Part shown: positions 12,365 to 25,349 of the stretch, one piece after another | Position numbering within the stretch: the first letter of the stretch is position 1 | Layout of the letters: each line of letters opens with the position of its first letter | Translations under genes and position numbers: made by a program | Origin: Euprymna scolopes | Taxonomy: Eukaryota | NCBI GenBank assembly: GCA_053919585.1 | Contig: CM132804.1 | Strand: one strand, 5' to 3' | Length of the DNA: 64,000 nt | The notes under the pieces: generated by a model | The model's database searches: none | What the model saw: the letters and a program-made list of their open reading frames with translations, nothing else | What the model was told of the DNA's origin: nothing

Positions 12365-13159
12365 TAAATAGATAGATAGATAGATAGAGAAAAAGAGAGA
12401 TGATTAGACAAAGAAAATAATATGCATACATATAGAAGCGCTACAAAAATGAGAGAGAGAGAAGATATGAAGAGAAATGAACAAATACAATAAATAAATG
12501 GCTCAAACCATGTTAATAAATAAACAACTGGAAGAAGAAGTTTGCGTGTCAGATGAATGACAGAAACCATGAAGCGCCGCTTCCGAAATCAAACAACATC
12601 CACATTCCTTGTGGGCTCTCCATTATTCTTGGCTGATGTCTGACAAGAAATTTTAATTGTTTTCCTTTTCGAAACAAGAGACGCAATAAACCTTTCAAAA
12701 TTATTAAAAAAAAACACAGCNNNNNNNNNNNNNNNNNNNNNNNNNNNNNNNNNNNNNNNNNNNNNNNNNNNNNNNNNNNNNNNNNNNNNNNNNNNNNNNN
12801 NNNNNNNNNNNNNNNNNNNNNNNNNNNNNNNNNNNNNNNNNNNNNNNNNNNNNNNNNNNNNNNNNNNNNNNNNNNNNNNNNNNNNNNNNNACCTAATAAA
12901 GTGTGTTCCCTTCTCCATCAAGATAGCATCAGTCGCAGATGAAACCACACAAAATCTTTGTAAAGATCATAAAAATGGCTTTAGGAGCTATATTTGCACT
13001 CAAATATCAGAGAAGACGAATGAGTTTGGCCAGCGATAGACCAAAGGTAACCGGTTATTTCGATTAGGAAAGGGAATTTTCATCACTCTCAAAAAAGTTG
13101 GAGAATACTACAAGTATATAGGCAGGTGCAACTTAGAGTGTGAGAACTTCAATTTGGCA

Positions 13160-14286
13160 GAGTATAATCCTGTTTTGTTTGATAAGCACTCCCTGGGTAA
13201 ATATGGCGTCTATTCTCATAGATTCTCCGTCAATCCTTGTCTCACATCAAGAACTTCACATGTCGAGAGTTCTACTAAATATATTAGTGGTACCAACCAT
13301 AGCAGACGATTGGAGACCGCCAAAGACATCAAGGATTTCTATTTTCCTTTCAAATATACTTCTAAACAACTAAGTACCGCATCTAACGCACCTAAGACCA
13401 TTAGGATTACTTGAGTTTTATCTCCATGCAGATGCATTACGTGCAAGGCGAACAGCACGTAATTTCCGCACTGATGGAGTCATCGCCTTGATCAGATTTC
13501 TTCTGTACAAGTTTGACTTCACAATTATTTTAAGCTTTCAAAGATAAGTTGACTTATATATTTATCTTCTAGGGGTTTGCGCTTTCCATCACTTACAAAT
13601 ACTTTTTTTATTTTTCCTATACTCTCTCCATTAAGCAACACAATTCCATCCGAGTTAAATTTTATACTCCTATTCGTCATTGCAAATTTATTAAATTTCA
13701 GTTCCACTTCGACGTCTTCAGAGTATGCCCTAACAAGGTCCAATAATGCCTCCGGTTCTTATTAACTCTTAGTAAATACCCTTAATCATGCATGAACTGG
13801 AGATGGCCGAAGCGCCAGACACGAAACTCAAAGGCATGTTTAAAATAGAAGAGGACATACTGGATTTTCCCAGAATATTCCTTATATGGTGCTAATCTCT
13901 CAATGAACTTCAATATAAGTTGGAAGAACAGTTTGTGTTGGACCATGCTGCTTTACATTAGCTCTGCAATACGTCTAATAACTTTATTCATCGACGGTAT
14001 TCGACGAATCTATAAGTGAGGAATCATGTCGCACGCCTTCTATTAGTAGCTCCACGCTATACTAAAATACATTTTTAAAAAATACTTTTTGCATTATCTA
14101 ACACTGCCCTATCCATCATAAACTGATTATTAGTACACTTCCATCCCAACCCGCATAATCTCTGTTTATGAAAGCAAACACTTTATCAGAAAGTTGTCAT
14201 AAACGAGTCAAACACCACTTTCAGGGAAAACAGTATTGGGGTATGAACCTGTTTGAACCAGCAGCCTTTGACTAGATGCTTTCCAG
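13160..14286 (-). mobile_element. Decayed R4/Dong-type retrotransposon, same family as 1-372
   Basis: ORF 13525-13743 (LVRAYSEDVEVEL...DGIVLLNGESI) resembles the post-YMDD region. Its C-terminus GGLQSSAMVGTTNIFSRTLD and its 3' UTR align with 220-372. Confidence 0.75.
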
Positions 14287-14877
14287 NNNNNNNNNNNNNN
14301 NNNNNNNNNNNNNNNNNNNNNNNNNNNNNNNNNNNNNNNNNNNNNNNNNNNNNNNNNNNNNNNNNNNNNNNNNNNNNNNNNNNNNNNNNNNNNNNNNNNN
14401 NNNNNNNNNNNNNNNNNNNNNNNNNNNNNNNNNNNNNNNNNNNNNNNNNNNNNNNNNNNNNNNNNAACCAATAATTCTGAGAATATTATCCAAGAGCAGC
14501 ATTCAGGATTATTCGAATAATACATTTTCTAAATGCTGTGCAGTGAACACCGGACTTTAGAAAGAATGCTAAAGTATGGAAACTATCTGTTAAATCATAT
14601 CTAAGGCACTAAATTACCAATGCACTCGACTTTCGCTCGAACGGAAACTCTAGATTCTCATTGTATTTGACAGAATTAAGCGTTTATTAATTCTGAATTC
14701 CTTTCTGTCCTGTGGCAATGTTTTGCTGTCAACAAGGTAGATGCTCATCAAAGAGAGCAAAAGTGAGCTTCGTGGTTGGGTTCGAATACTGTGACCGACA
14801 GAAATTTTACCAGCACTTACGACTGCGTAAGAATGAAACACTAGTGAGTGTAGGCAAAAATATGAATAAATACTTGG

Positions 14878-14938
<61 letters not shown>

Positions 14939-15789
14939 CCGTATTCCTGTCTGTTTGTTTTTTTGTTCACAATTTGATTAATATATACAAAACGTCCTCT
15001 ACTTTAATCTTTCATTTATTTCCATATATAGTATGTTTTTTTTTCAAAATATACAATTAAGGGTTCACCTCATATACATATTGCCTTAAGGAAAATCGAT
15101 TTTACTAAATAACGGTATTTTAGTTAATATTTCTAGATAGAGAATTGTTTTATGTGTACTATTTAAAATTATTATTTATTAAATTTTAATAACAATTTAA
15201 TTGATAATATATTTAATTTAATTTATTTGGAATTATGTCCGACATTGAATTTTTTAAAGACGTAGAGTTTTCACTCTCTATATACGTCGAAACATAATTA
15301 ACTCCCAACCAAATTAAATAATTTGGTTATCTCAAGTTTTTAACTTGAAAAAAATAATTCCGTGTGGACAGGATATTTTTTGTTTATAAATATTCAAACA
15401 AACAAAAAAAAACATTTACAATAAAACTGAATTTTTTTTTTATTCTTGGAACAGCTATACATAAACTTTGACCGATTTGAAGTAAAGCTTAAGCCATACA
15501 TTTCGAACCAAAAATCTACACCCGACTCAAAAAAGCTAATTGAAAAAGCCCGCCCCTCCCTGAAAAGAAGCAAGTCGAAAATGCCATTTATTTACGAAAA
15601 AAATAAAGTGTTTACGAAAAGTAAAAAAATTTAAAAATAAAAAACAAAACGCATATTACGCAGGCGTTTAGCTAATTTTTCTTTCTTTAGTCGTACGAGC
15701 ATTCGCTGCTATTTTTATTGAACTAAAAGTTGTTTTCATTTATTTTTAGTTATTTAATTGGAGGGGGGTTATTTATAACGGGATTTGGC

Positions 15790-15843
<54 letters not shown>

Positions 15844-15864
15844 TATTGCTGTAGAATATTTAAA

Positions 15865-16274
15865 TACCGAAACACAACTGTTTCATCCTTTCGAGCATCA
15901 TCAGTGCATGGTGTCACGATGACAGCCGTCAGAAGATTCGGACTTGGCCGCGAAGATATGATCTGACTTCATAAGCAAGTAACAATTGCGAGAAATACAG
16001 TTGAAATTTAAACTTTTATCATGAAATGTCGAATAATGATAATATCATGATCTGCTCGTATTATTTGGATATTTTGGAAGCAAACCATTATTCAGGCACG
16101 TCTGATTGAACAGGACAAATTTTCTATTTTTCCGATCTTTCTAGCGGTCTTTTCAGCAGGCAAGTTATATAAAATTGAGCCTGAAATTTACCTTCAGCCA
16201 TATTCTTCTAAAGCGCTTTCTTTCTGCACATCTAGTTATCATCAGGAGTGATTGTTCTTGTTTACTTTTTCTTT
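15865..16274 (-). mobile_element. Penelope-like element fragment with hammerhead relic
   Basis: Minus strand LFNQTCLNNGLLPKY (~16065-16115) resembles the N-terminal region of Penelope ORFs. Downstream lies CTGATGA...GAAAC (15872-15908) with broken stems, then (TA)n. Confidence 0.55.
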
Positions 16275-17519
16275 NNNNNNNNNNNNNNNNNNNNNNNNNN
16301 NNNNNNNNNNNNNNNNNNNNNNNNNNNNNNNNNNNNNNNNNNNNNNNNNNNNNNNNNNNNNNNNNNNNNNNNNNNNNNNNNNNNNNNNNNNNNNNNNNNN
16401 NNNNNNNNNNNNNNNNNNNCAGATCATAATCACCTCCCAAGATGTAAACCAATATACAATAATGATGAAATGTAAATTTATGATATTTAACGAGGCCATT
16501 AGAAATTCATTTGCATCGAATATAAATAAAAGTAGGAAAACACACACAATAAAAAGCATAACGATTTTTTTATCGGAATAACATACCGATCAACATAAGA
16601 GACGTCCGAGAGCTGGACTGTAGGAACAAATATATAGCCAGAACGAAAGCCATATATTATTTTTTTGGGGGGGGGGGACTCGGCTTATCTCTGTTTTGTT
16701 TTTCCACTATCAAATTATTTAATACTACACCAAGACAATTCATGATGATTTCTATATTATCACCGTACAAGCAGATTGAAGAAATGAGATATTCTGACAA
16801 GCAAAAATAATTCTTGGATATTTATCTTATATCTCTATGGTGAAACAATTAAAACTATACCAATTCCATAAAATTCTCCAAACATCATATTATGAGATCT
16901 ACTTGAGTGAAAGGGCACGATTTTAAATAAATTTAAAATTTAAATTTTATTGTGTAATTGATGATTATTTTCAAGTAGGAAGACGGAAAATGTTTATCGT
17001 TTTAATATAAAATTAATTCCTTTATTTCTGAATTTCTTTGATAAAAATGCTCATTCGAATTATCTGGATTCTTCGGACTACTGATGTCGTCTTAAGTGGA
17101 TTTTTCACAACGTTTCAGTCGATGCTACCTCAAACAATTATGAGGCGTTTCAGGAAACAGAACCCTTTATTTACTTCACAGCCATGATTGGATAGACATT
17201 TTTTGTTTACTATAAGATTATGCAAATATTCCGCAAGGTTAAATCATGTAGAATATCTGTATGAATATAAATGCATGAAATTGTAAACAAAATCTTTTAA
17301 AAAAATATGCAAATTAGCTTGATGTTTTAAGATAAATGCAATTTAATGACAAATATATGAGAAAGTTGTATTTTCTTGTTAAATAAATACAAAACAAAAG
17401 GTTTTTAATACGAATATCAATACACAAAAAATCATAGCGCATTGGCCCTTTTCTTATTAAATAAATATGAAAAAAAGGTTTTAATATGAATATTAATACA
17501 CAAAAAATCAATGCGCATT

Positions 17520-18560
17520 GAGCCTGACATCCAATCTGACAAAAAGCTGTCTTAATGTATCAGCCTGCTCCGGGCATGCCATACTATGAGCTATCAGTTT
17601 ATATCTGTGGGTAAAGGATAGCGGTTGTCACTAAGTTTGTATACTTGGGTAGCACACTGAGTATGTCCGGTGCTCTGGATGATGAGGTATCTTTACAGAT
17701 CAGCAGGGCAAGTGATGCCTTCGGAGAGTTGGACGTACGTTTGTGGAGATGCCATGGGATCTTGCTGCCAACGAACATTACGGTTTATGCTGCATGCGTT
17801 CTCTATACTCTTCTCTATGATTGAGAAACTTACAGGGAGCATTTGAGACGTCTCGAGCGGTGTCACCAGCTGTGTCTAAGGATCTTAGGTGTGGGTTGGC
17901 AGATGTATGTCAGTGATGTGGAGGTGCTTTAACGGACCCAATGCCTTAGCATTGAGGCTCACATTATCAAGCATAGGCTGAGGTGGAGTGGACATGTGGC
18001 CAGGATGTTAGACAGTCGACTTCCCAAACAACTCTTTATGGTGAGCTCGCCGAGGGAAGACGTCTAGCTCAAACGCCTAAATTGAGATTAAAAGATTGTT
18101 TAAGATCCACCTTTAAAAATGTGAGATTTATGAAAGTACTTAGGAGAGTCTTCCTTTGGATCGCGGAGGGTAGAGAAGGACCTTACGGGTAGGTGTGGGC
18201 AAGTTTTAGGCGGATCGAACCCAGTATGAGCGGCTGAAGCGCGATATCCGGAACAGGAGGGTGAAAGTAGACGTGGATGGAGATTGAGGTGTGCGGAAGA
18301 ATATGTCTGAGCAGAGCTGGGTTGATTAGCCACCAGACTACTCATCGGCGCAGTGGGCCACATAAAAATCTTGAGTTGCCAGAGTTAACCTGTGTCAACT
18401 GCGGGCGGGCGTACACAACGGCTTGAAACGGCATGTGATCCCACATAAAAAAGAACATGAAGAACGTGCTGCCAGTGATACACATGTCTGTACAATGTGT
18501 GCCAAAGAACGCCACAGTTTGGCAGGGCTTAAAAGCAACCTTTGTGCGGCCCCTCAGTGA
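17520..18560 (+). mobile_element. RTE/BovB-like LINE 3' portion, pseudogenised
   Basis: KFVYLGSTLSMSGALDDEVSLQISRASDAFGELDVRLW...VYAACVLYTLLYD*ET, then RLRWSGHV, LYGELAEGRR...PKLRLKDCL and C-terminal Cys/His finger remnants. Confidence 0.88.
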
Positions 18561-19040
18561 ATGTTTTCGTGTTTCTATATACCTTTTTTTGTTTTATATC
18601 GAGTGGTAGCAATCGAATCTGTTGNNNNNNNNNNNNNNNNNNNNNNNNNNNNNNNNNNNNNNNNNNNNNNNNNNNNNNNNNNNNNNNNNNNNNNNNNNNN
18701 NNNNNNNNNNNNNNNNNNNNNNNNNNNNNNNNNNNNNNNNNNNNNNNNNNNNNNNNNNNNNNNNNNNNNNNNNNNGATCTGTACAAAATGGCATTTATAG
18801 AAAGTTGCAAGATAATCTCAAAGGTTACTACAAGAAATATTTTCTTTAAAATTTTGTATTTTGTTGAGCATTTTAACTTACATACTAAATAAATTCAAGT
18901 TTTTATTACGGTATCGGTGTCACTCCGAGTACATAACGATTAAATAAAATCTGAGTATTAGTATAAGCTCTAATTCGCTATTTTGTCAGTACCCTAATCA
19001 CTGTAGTTTTGCCAGTTTGTAGATGACACGTGAATGGGTG

Positions 19041-19537
19041 TGTTATTTGGATTAATCGGACTATTATTCTCATACTGGGTGTTATTAGTACAACGTTTAA
19101 ATCGCTGAACCTGCGACCTTCTTCGTCTCTTGAAAACATGCGTCTTTTTCTTTACTAAGGAAACGAGAGTTGGCTCTGCATTACAAGAATTCGAACCGCA
19201 GGTTTGATGGTGGGTCTGTAGATCATAAGGAAGGTTCAATCTTTAGGAGTCACTTAGATATTTTTTTTCTATAACCCAGTTTTTCGGGATATCTATACGA
19301 ATTGCTAATAATGTTTTACGAAACAGAGAATCGATACTCATGCGTATTTTTTTTATAAACGGACCCACCCTCAAACACACGGTTCGAATTCTTTTAATGC
19401 AGAGCAAGCCCTATTTTCTTTAGTATAGAGAAAGAAGCATGTTTGAACACCCGAATAAGGTCGAAGGTTGCAGCGACCGAAACGCTGCGGCAATAACCCT
19501 CAAGATGAGAATAATACTCCGATTAATCAACATAACA
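19041..19537. mobile_element. Diverged head-to-head inverted repeat (19041-19220 / 19359-19537) with hammerhead-like relics
   Basis: The arms are recognisable reverse complements. The right arm has GGTTCGAATTC and CCGAATAA-GGTCG...CGACC-GAAACG; the left arm's minus strand has CGAAGAA-GGTCG...CGATT-TAAACG. Confidence 0.65.
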
Positions 19538-20642
19538 GAGGTACTCTAACCACTGTGCAACATGAGGTTTCGAGGCGCAGTTTTGAGAGTACTTTGAACA
19601 GTCAATTGAAAAGTAATATTCTACAGTAGTAATTGTCTGTATTTCTACTGTATCGTTGAATAGCCAATCATAAGTGTGACCAACTTAAAATAACAATTGC
19701 GAATTACTTATATCATCTATCGAATCATCTCTTACGGAACAAGACCATCCTACCCCCGTGAATTAAATAAACACCTCCGTTCGAATTGACTTGCAGATTC
19801 CCGAATTTGTCAAGATACATCCCAAGAATGTCAGAAGTTACATTGATCGAATCGTTGAGTAAATATTCATGTGGACAAAAGGTAGCTCGTTTTAATGATG
19901 CCTCTCCTGTCTTCATAGTTTTTTTTTAAAATCTTTTTAAATAAAGTATAAGAGGTTTTACATTTCAACATAATCTGTAACTGTGTAAAAATATAATTAC
20001 CGTTTACATATAACATACATAAACAAGAATTCATGGATTTTTCTTAATGTTTCCAAATTAATTTGGTCAATGTTAAGAAACACTACATTTCGATTACAAT
20101 CTATTTTACTTTCCTTTTCGATATTTAATGGTCAGTGTATTTTCCTACAGCTTCAAAACGATTTTTTTCAAATATGCCATCAGCACCGATTCTACAAGAT
20201 TTCCTAGCATGTAAAGGAAAGAATTTAAGAGTAAGTAACTTTTTACGATTTCGACAAGACTTAAGCACGTCGTGTTAAGATGAGAGTTACCACTTCTGTA
20301 GTCAGTTATCTCCTTTTTTCTTGATACGGTTTGAGGAACGGTTTTAGGTCCAGTAGCCATTACGCAGTAAAATATGAATCAAGAAAATGCTTTCTTTTTT
20401 CCAATGATAACTCTAAAAGTTAAAATGTATGTGCGTTACTTGCTGTAAAGGGAAACGAAAAATAAAGAAAATGCAAGAAAAAGACTTATCTGAGACATTG
20501 AATATTAAAGTCTCAAATTACATAATCGAGATAAAAAAAGAAGATTCTTCATTCAAACATTAATGAAAACACATGATAATCTTATATGAATGAATATATT
20601 ATAGGTAGTGTGACTCTTTTTTAGATATTTTACATATGCATG

Positions 20643-20685
<43 letters not shown>

Positions 20686-20827
20686 CTATTCTATATGTAT
20701 ATATATATGCATATTATCTATGTATATATATATATATATATATATATAAATATTATACATAAATATATGTATATCAATATTATATATATGTACACACGCA
20801 CACACACACATGTATATATATAGGCAT

Positions 20828-20958
20828 CCATATGCGGTACTGTTTCGCTGTTTTTCAGCTCATCAGTACGGCTATACAAGGAACTACCTCAAGCCAGGAT
20901 CGAAATCCGACCGCTCAAACGAGAATGGGAGCTTCTAACAGTTGCGCTATACGGCTGC
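20828..20958 (-). ncRNA. Second family of tRNA-like head plus hammerhead (partly degenerate)
   Basis: Minus strand: A-box-like TAGCGCAACTGTTAG, B-box-like GATTTCGATCC, then CCGTA-CTGATGA-GCTG(AAAAA)CAGC-GAAAC-AGTACCGCA-TATGG. Core and stems I/II are intact; stem III and the cleavage triplet are mutated. Confidence 0.65.
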
Positions 20959-21095
20959 TGCTATGGTGGCAGTGAATTACCAATGTTTTGACATTGTCTA
21001 AAGTTCCTAAGCCAATTTGTTTGCACAAATGGCATGTCTTCATACGCTAATTGTCATTTGTGTATCACTTCCCAAATGCTCAACTTAAGATAGGG

Positions 21096-21160
<65 letters not shown>

Positions 21161-21469
21161 GTCATCCACCTGCAGTAATTTTGTGTTTACTATAAGCTTT
21201 TTACGCAAATAGTCCGCAAGTTTCAGGCATGTAGAATATCTGCTTGAATATAATTACAAGTAATTGTAAACTAAATATTATCATTCCATGAGAAAACCGA
21301 AAAAAGTATAATAGAGAATTATTTAAAATGAATCTTTAAAAAATTTGCAAATTAGCCAGATCTTTTGCGGTTAAATGCATATATAATAAAGTTGCATTTG
21401 TTTATTAAATAAATAGAAAAAAGGCTTTTAATATGAATATCAATACACAAAAGGTCATACATATATATG

Positions 21470-21532
<63 letters not shown>

Positions 21533-23056
21533 GAAATTTTTACGTGTACACGTTTTGATTTTTGTATATATAACATTTACTCCTGCACTATCAATTAGTG
21601 ACTCCTGGCGTTGGCTGGTGTCATAGAAAAACGAAAGATGTAAAAATGTGTGTATGTCTATGAATTAAAAACATATATCCCTGCGTATGGGCGCATTGGC
21701 CACGTTGTTTCATACGAAGGTCGTTTTGTCATATGAAGGTTATTCCAAAATTTAACCTGTCTCTTATTATTTTTCCTGCATATGTAAGTGTGTGATACAC
21801 AGAACTGGCATTATCGAAACGATCTACTTTTTGGACTTCAGACATTGTGTTTTTCTGCATAGTCAATACCATTCGCAATGAAATTTCTCCAGGACTTCAA
21901 TGAATCATGTCTATCCCTGACTAACTCCATGACAGTGGTTGCTTTCTTAGAGTCTTTAGCGGTCTGCAACTGAAACCTGGAACTTTCAGGTCATAAATGC
22001 ATCAGTCTATTCTTCATAGCAATGCTATTGGTAATCGCGTTTGATTTATTCGAACGGAATAAAAGTAGAAGGCATCACTTTTGAAACGCTCCTCGGAAGA
22101 CGATGTCTTCATCAGAATCAGCATATCAAATGAAAGTGGGACAGTAAACAAAACATAATGTATTGTTTTGAATTAAATACTGGTGTTAATAAAAGTATTT
22201 AAAATAAGTTCGTACCGAACAAAAGTTATGTAATATTTTTTATTTTTCAGACTTGTCCGCAAGGATTTGCATGATGAATTTTACTCTGATGGCTGCCCAA
22301 TACGGAGATATTTTTTTAGGGACGACAGATATAGTGAGATAAATATTTCATCTATCTCCCGTCTACTTTTTTGCAGACATTATTTAAACCTTTGTGACAG
22401 AACAGAACACAAAATTCTGGCTTGTATAATCAAATTTCGTTACATCGAGTATACCCAAACATCAATATAGATCGTCCAAACCGAAAGGAAGGGGCAAATA
22501 TTTTTTGACCGAGTCTCTCTTTAAAAATCTACCAAAAATCACGTAAGTATCCAATTAATACGAACTTTTCAGTAGTTATTAAATGAAGACATAATTTTAA
22601 AATTCTGTACGCGTTTTGTAATAATCCATATTTATAGATATATTTTGGCCCACAACCCCCCTTATTCATTTGTTGTTAGAAATATGCTAAACATGATTAG
22701 CCATAACTGACCAAAATAAATTGTATTCTATGGAGTGTGTAGTTTGTATATAAAAAAGCAAACCGAAAAAAAAAACACCAGTGAGCACATATTAGATTTT
22801 TAGATTGAAATTCCGAATTTTTAATGTGTTGTGTTTTTCACCTTTTTCATTTTATTCATGAAATTCGTTGAATATGCTAATAACTCTTATCCCTGAGTGG
22901 CTTCCTGGCCTTGATCAGTGGTGACCACTGTGTAAAAAAACATTATTGTCTTTCAGATTAGCAATGGCCGGATTTTTATACATGCTACCTTTTTTTTATT
23001 AACTTTTGCTTACTTTTGTTTTGAACTTTTGATGAATATCAATACACAAAAAAATC

Positions 23057-23107
<51 letters not shown>

Positions 23108-25349
23108 TTTTACATGTACACGTTTTGATTTTTGTATATATTACATTTCCTCCTGCACTAACAATTAGAGACCCCTGGCGTTGGCTGTTCCTGTCCATAG
23201 TGGAAAGGAGCCACCAGCCAAGGAAGAATAAGTAACTAAATAGGGATGGGAATACGTATTACCTCAAACAAAAACAAACCCTCAAAAATAATAGTACACG
23301 TAAAAAGGATTTAGTGAAAGACGAAAGAGACCTGTATTTGGATACTAATTAATTTCCAAAAGAACAATCCAGGTCTCTATTGTTGACAAAAGCAACCATT
23401 TACAAATCAAACAAAAAGAAATTATTCAATCAATACGAAATTCTCACCGATTAAGTGAAGAATAGATTATATAACGTATATATAGTTGTGGTTAGTAATA
23501 TGCTTAACAATCAGCAAAACTGAATTAAATATATTGCATTATGAGGAAGGGTAGGGTTTTAGATTTTAAGATTGAAAATCCGAATTTTGAATGTATTTAA
23601 TTTTTTATATATTGGGTTTGTAAGTGTGAAATTGTTGAATAGGTTAATAATTAATATTCTTTAAAACATGGTTAAAACACTTTAGGACAGATTTAAAAAC
23701 ATATTTAATCTGAAAAGGAAACACTTAATTATAATTANNNNNNNNNNNNNNNNNNNNNNNNNNNNNNNNNNNNNNNNNNNNNNNNNNNNNNNNNNNNNNN
23801 NNNNNNNNNNNNNNNNNNNNNNNNNNNNNNNNNNNNNNNNNNNNNNNNNNNNNNNNNNNNNNNNNNTTAGGTAAAATATTTGAAAGATAAATTAATATTT
23901 TTTTAGTACGCCTTATATTGCTAAATTATTTTGGCTGCTTGGAAAACTTTCAGCTTGCATGAAAATTATTTCAACGTAATCCGAAAAGCGAAAATAGTTA
24001 TTTAATGATAATAGAAATTGCTTTCAAGAACCGATCCAAGTTTTTTTTTGAAATCGATGAACAACTGCGTATGTTACTAAAAATAAAATAATTTCTGTCG
24101 GCTTACGTGATATTTGCTCGCCTATGGAATACCATAAGGGCTTACAAACAGTTGTTCGCACATACAAAGAGTCATCTCCCCTTTTCCTCTTTGTCGTTAA
24201 TTAGCTTAGTTTAAAGAGTGTGGGGCTTGCATCTAGCACACTCTTGTGTAATAAAAACTTGATTCTTATGGCAAGACAGTGTTAGGACGACCAAGCTTAA
24301 TACTAGATGATGGAGTTGTCCTCAAAACACTTGGCACCAAGAATTCTAAAAATGGTCACTCGCCGGGTAGTGGCCAGCCTCATCTTCCTTACTTTCAGGG
24401 TTTTTCTAGGTAACAAATATGTATCGCTTATGAAAGAGTTAAACCCTTATAAAGTTTATTATTTACTTAATCATCAAAGCAAACGTAAAAATTCCATCGA
24501 AATGTATAGGACAATGACTTCATTAATTCATGTAAAGGCTACAGTTGTTTTTTTTTCGAAACTATTAAATAATTCTGATTTTTTTAATTCGCCACGACAA
24601 ATATATAGACTGAGATGAATGATGGAATTATTTTAAACTCAGGTACTTGTGTTATATTTGTGCATATTCTCATAGCATATTATCCTAAATATTATTTAGA
24701 CAAAAAATTAATTGATTCCAAAAAACTTTTAAAGGATATATAATCATAAATATATAATTATAAATGTGTTATCAATCGAGCAGAAAATGGGGATGAACAG
24801 TGTTTTTCTTTTGTTGAAAAATGTAAGATATAAAATTCTATTAATTAAGTAGAAAAAAGTTTTATATTCAGCTTTTCATATGATAAAACTCGGGATTTTA
24901 TCTTTGCGTAAAAAAAGTGGCTGAAGAATAATGTTTTTCATATATATAGATTTTAATTTGTTTAAAGGAGGAACTTAATTTTTCTTTTTGTCACAAGCAG
25001 AAATCAATCATTACGTATAGTCAAATATAAGGGTCTACATACATAAAGGTAATTTTTAACACCAGCAATCTGCGCAGAATTATTACAAAAAAACATAATA
25101 AAGACATACTACATTTTATGGATGTAGTAATTGGGTCGACAAATCGTCTTCCTCTCCGCATTTCTTGCGCCTTTCATGTAAATAAAGAGCACGTTGCGGC
25201 CTTTTTAATGAAATACGGATACATTATTAAGATTACCTGAGATAGATATCTGTAAATATGACATTTTTAACTAATCCTGGATCAAAATCCTTCAATGAAA
25301 TCCCTTATTTTCTCTTAATATAAAATACGAAATACCTGCAATAGCAACA

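Noticed and set aside
17190-23650. Repeated AT-rich blocks (17190-17515, 21165-21620, 23030-23190, 22790/23560, inverted at ~32260) as a functional array
   Set aside because: Irregular spacing with no ORF or conserved structure; looks like ordinary dispersed repeat or local duplication debris.
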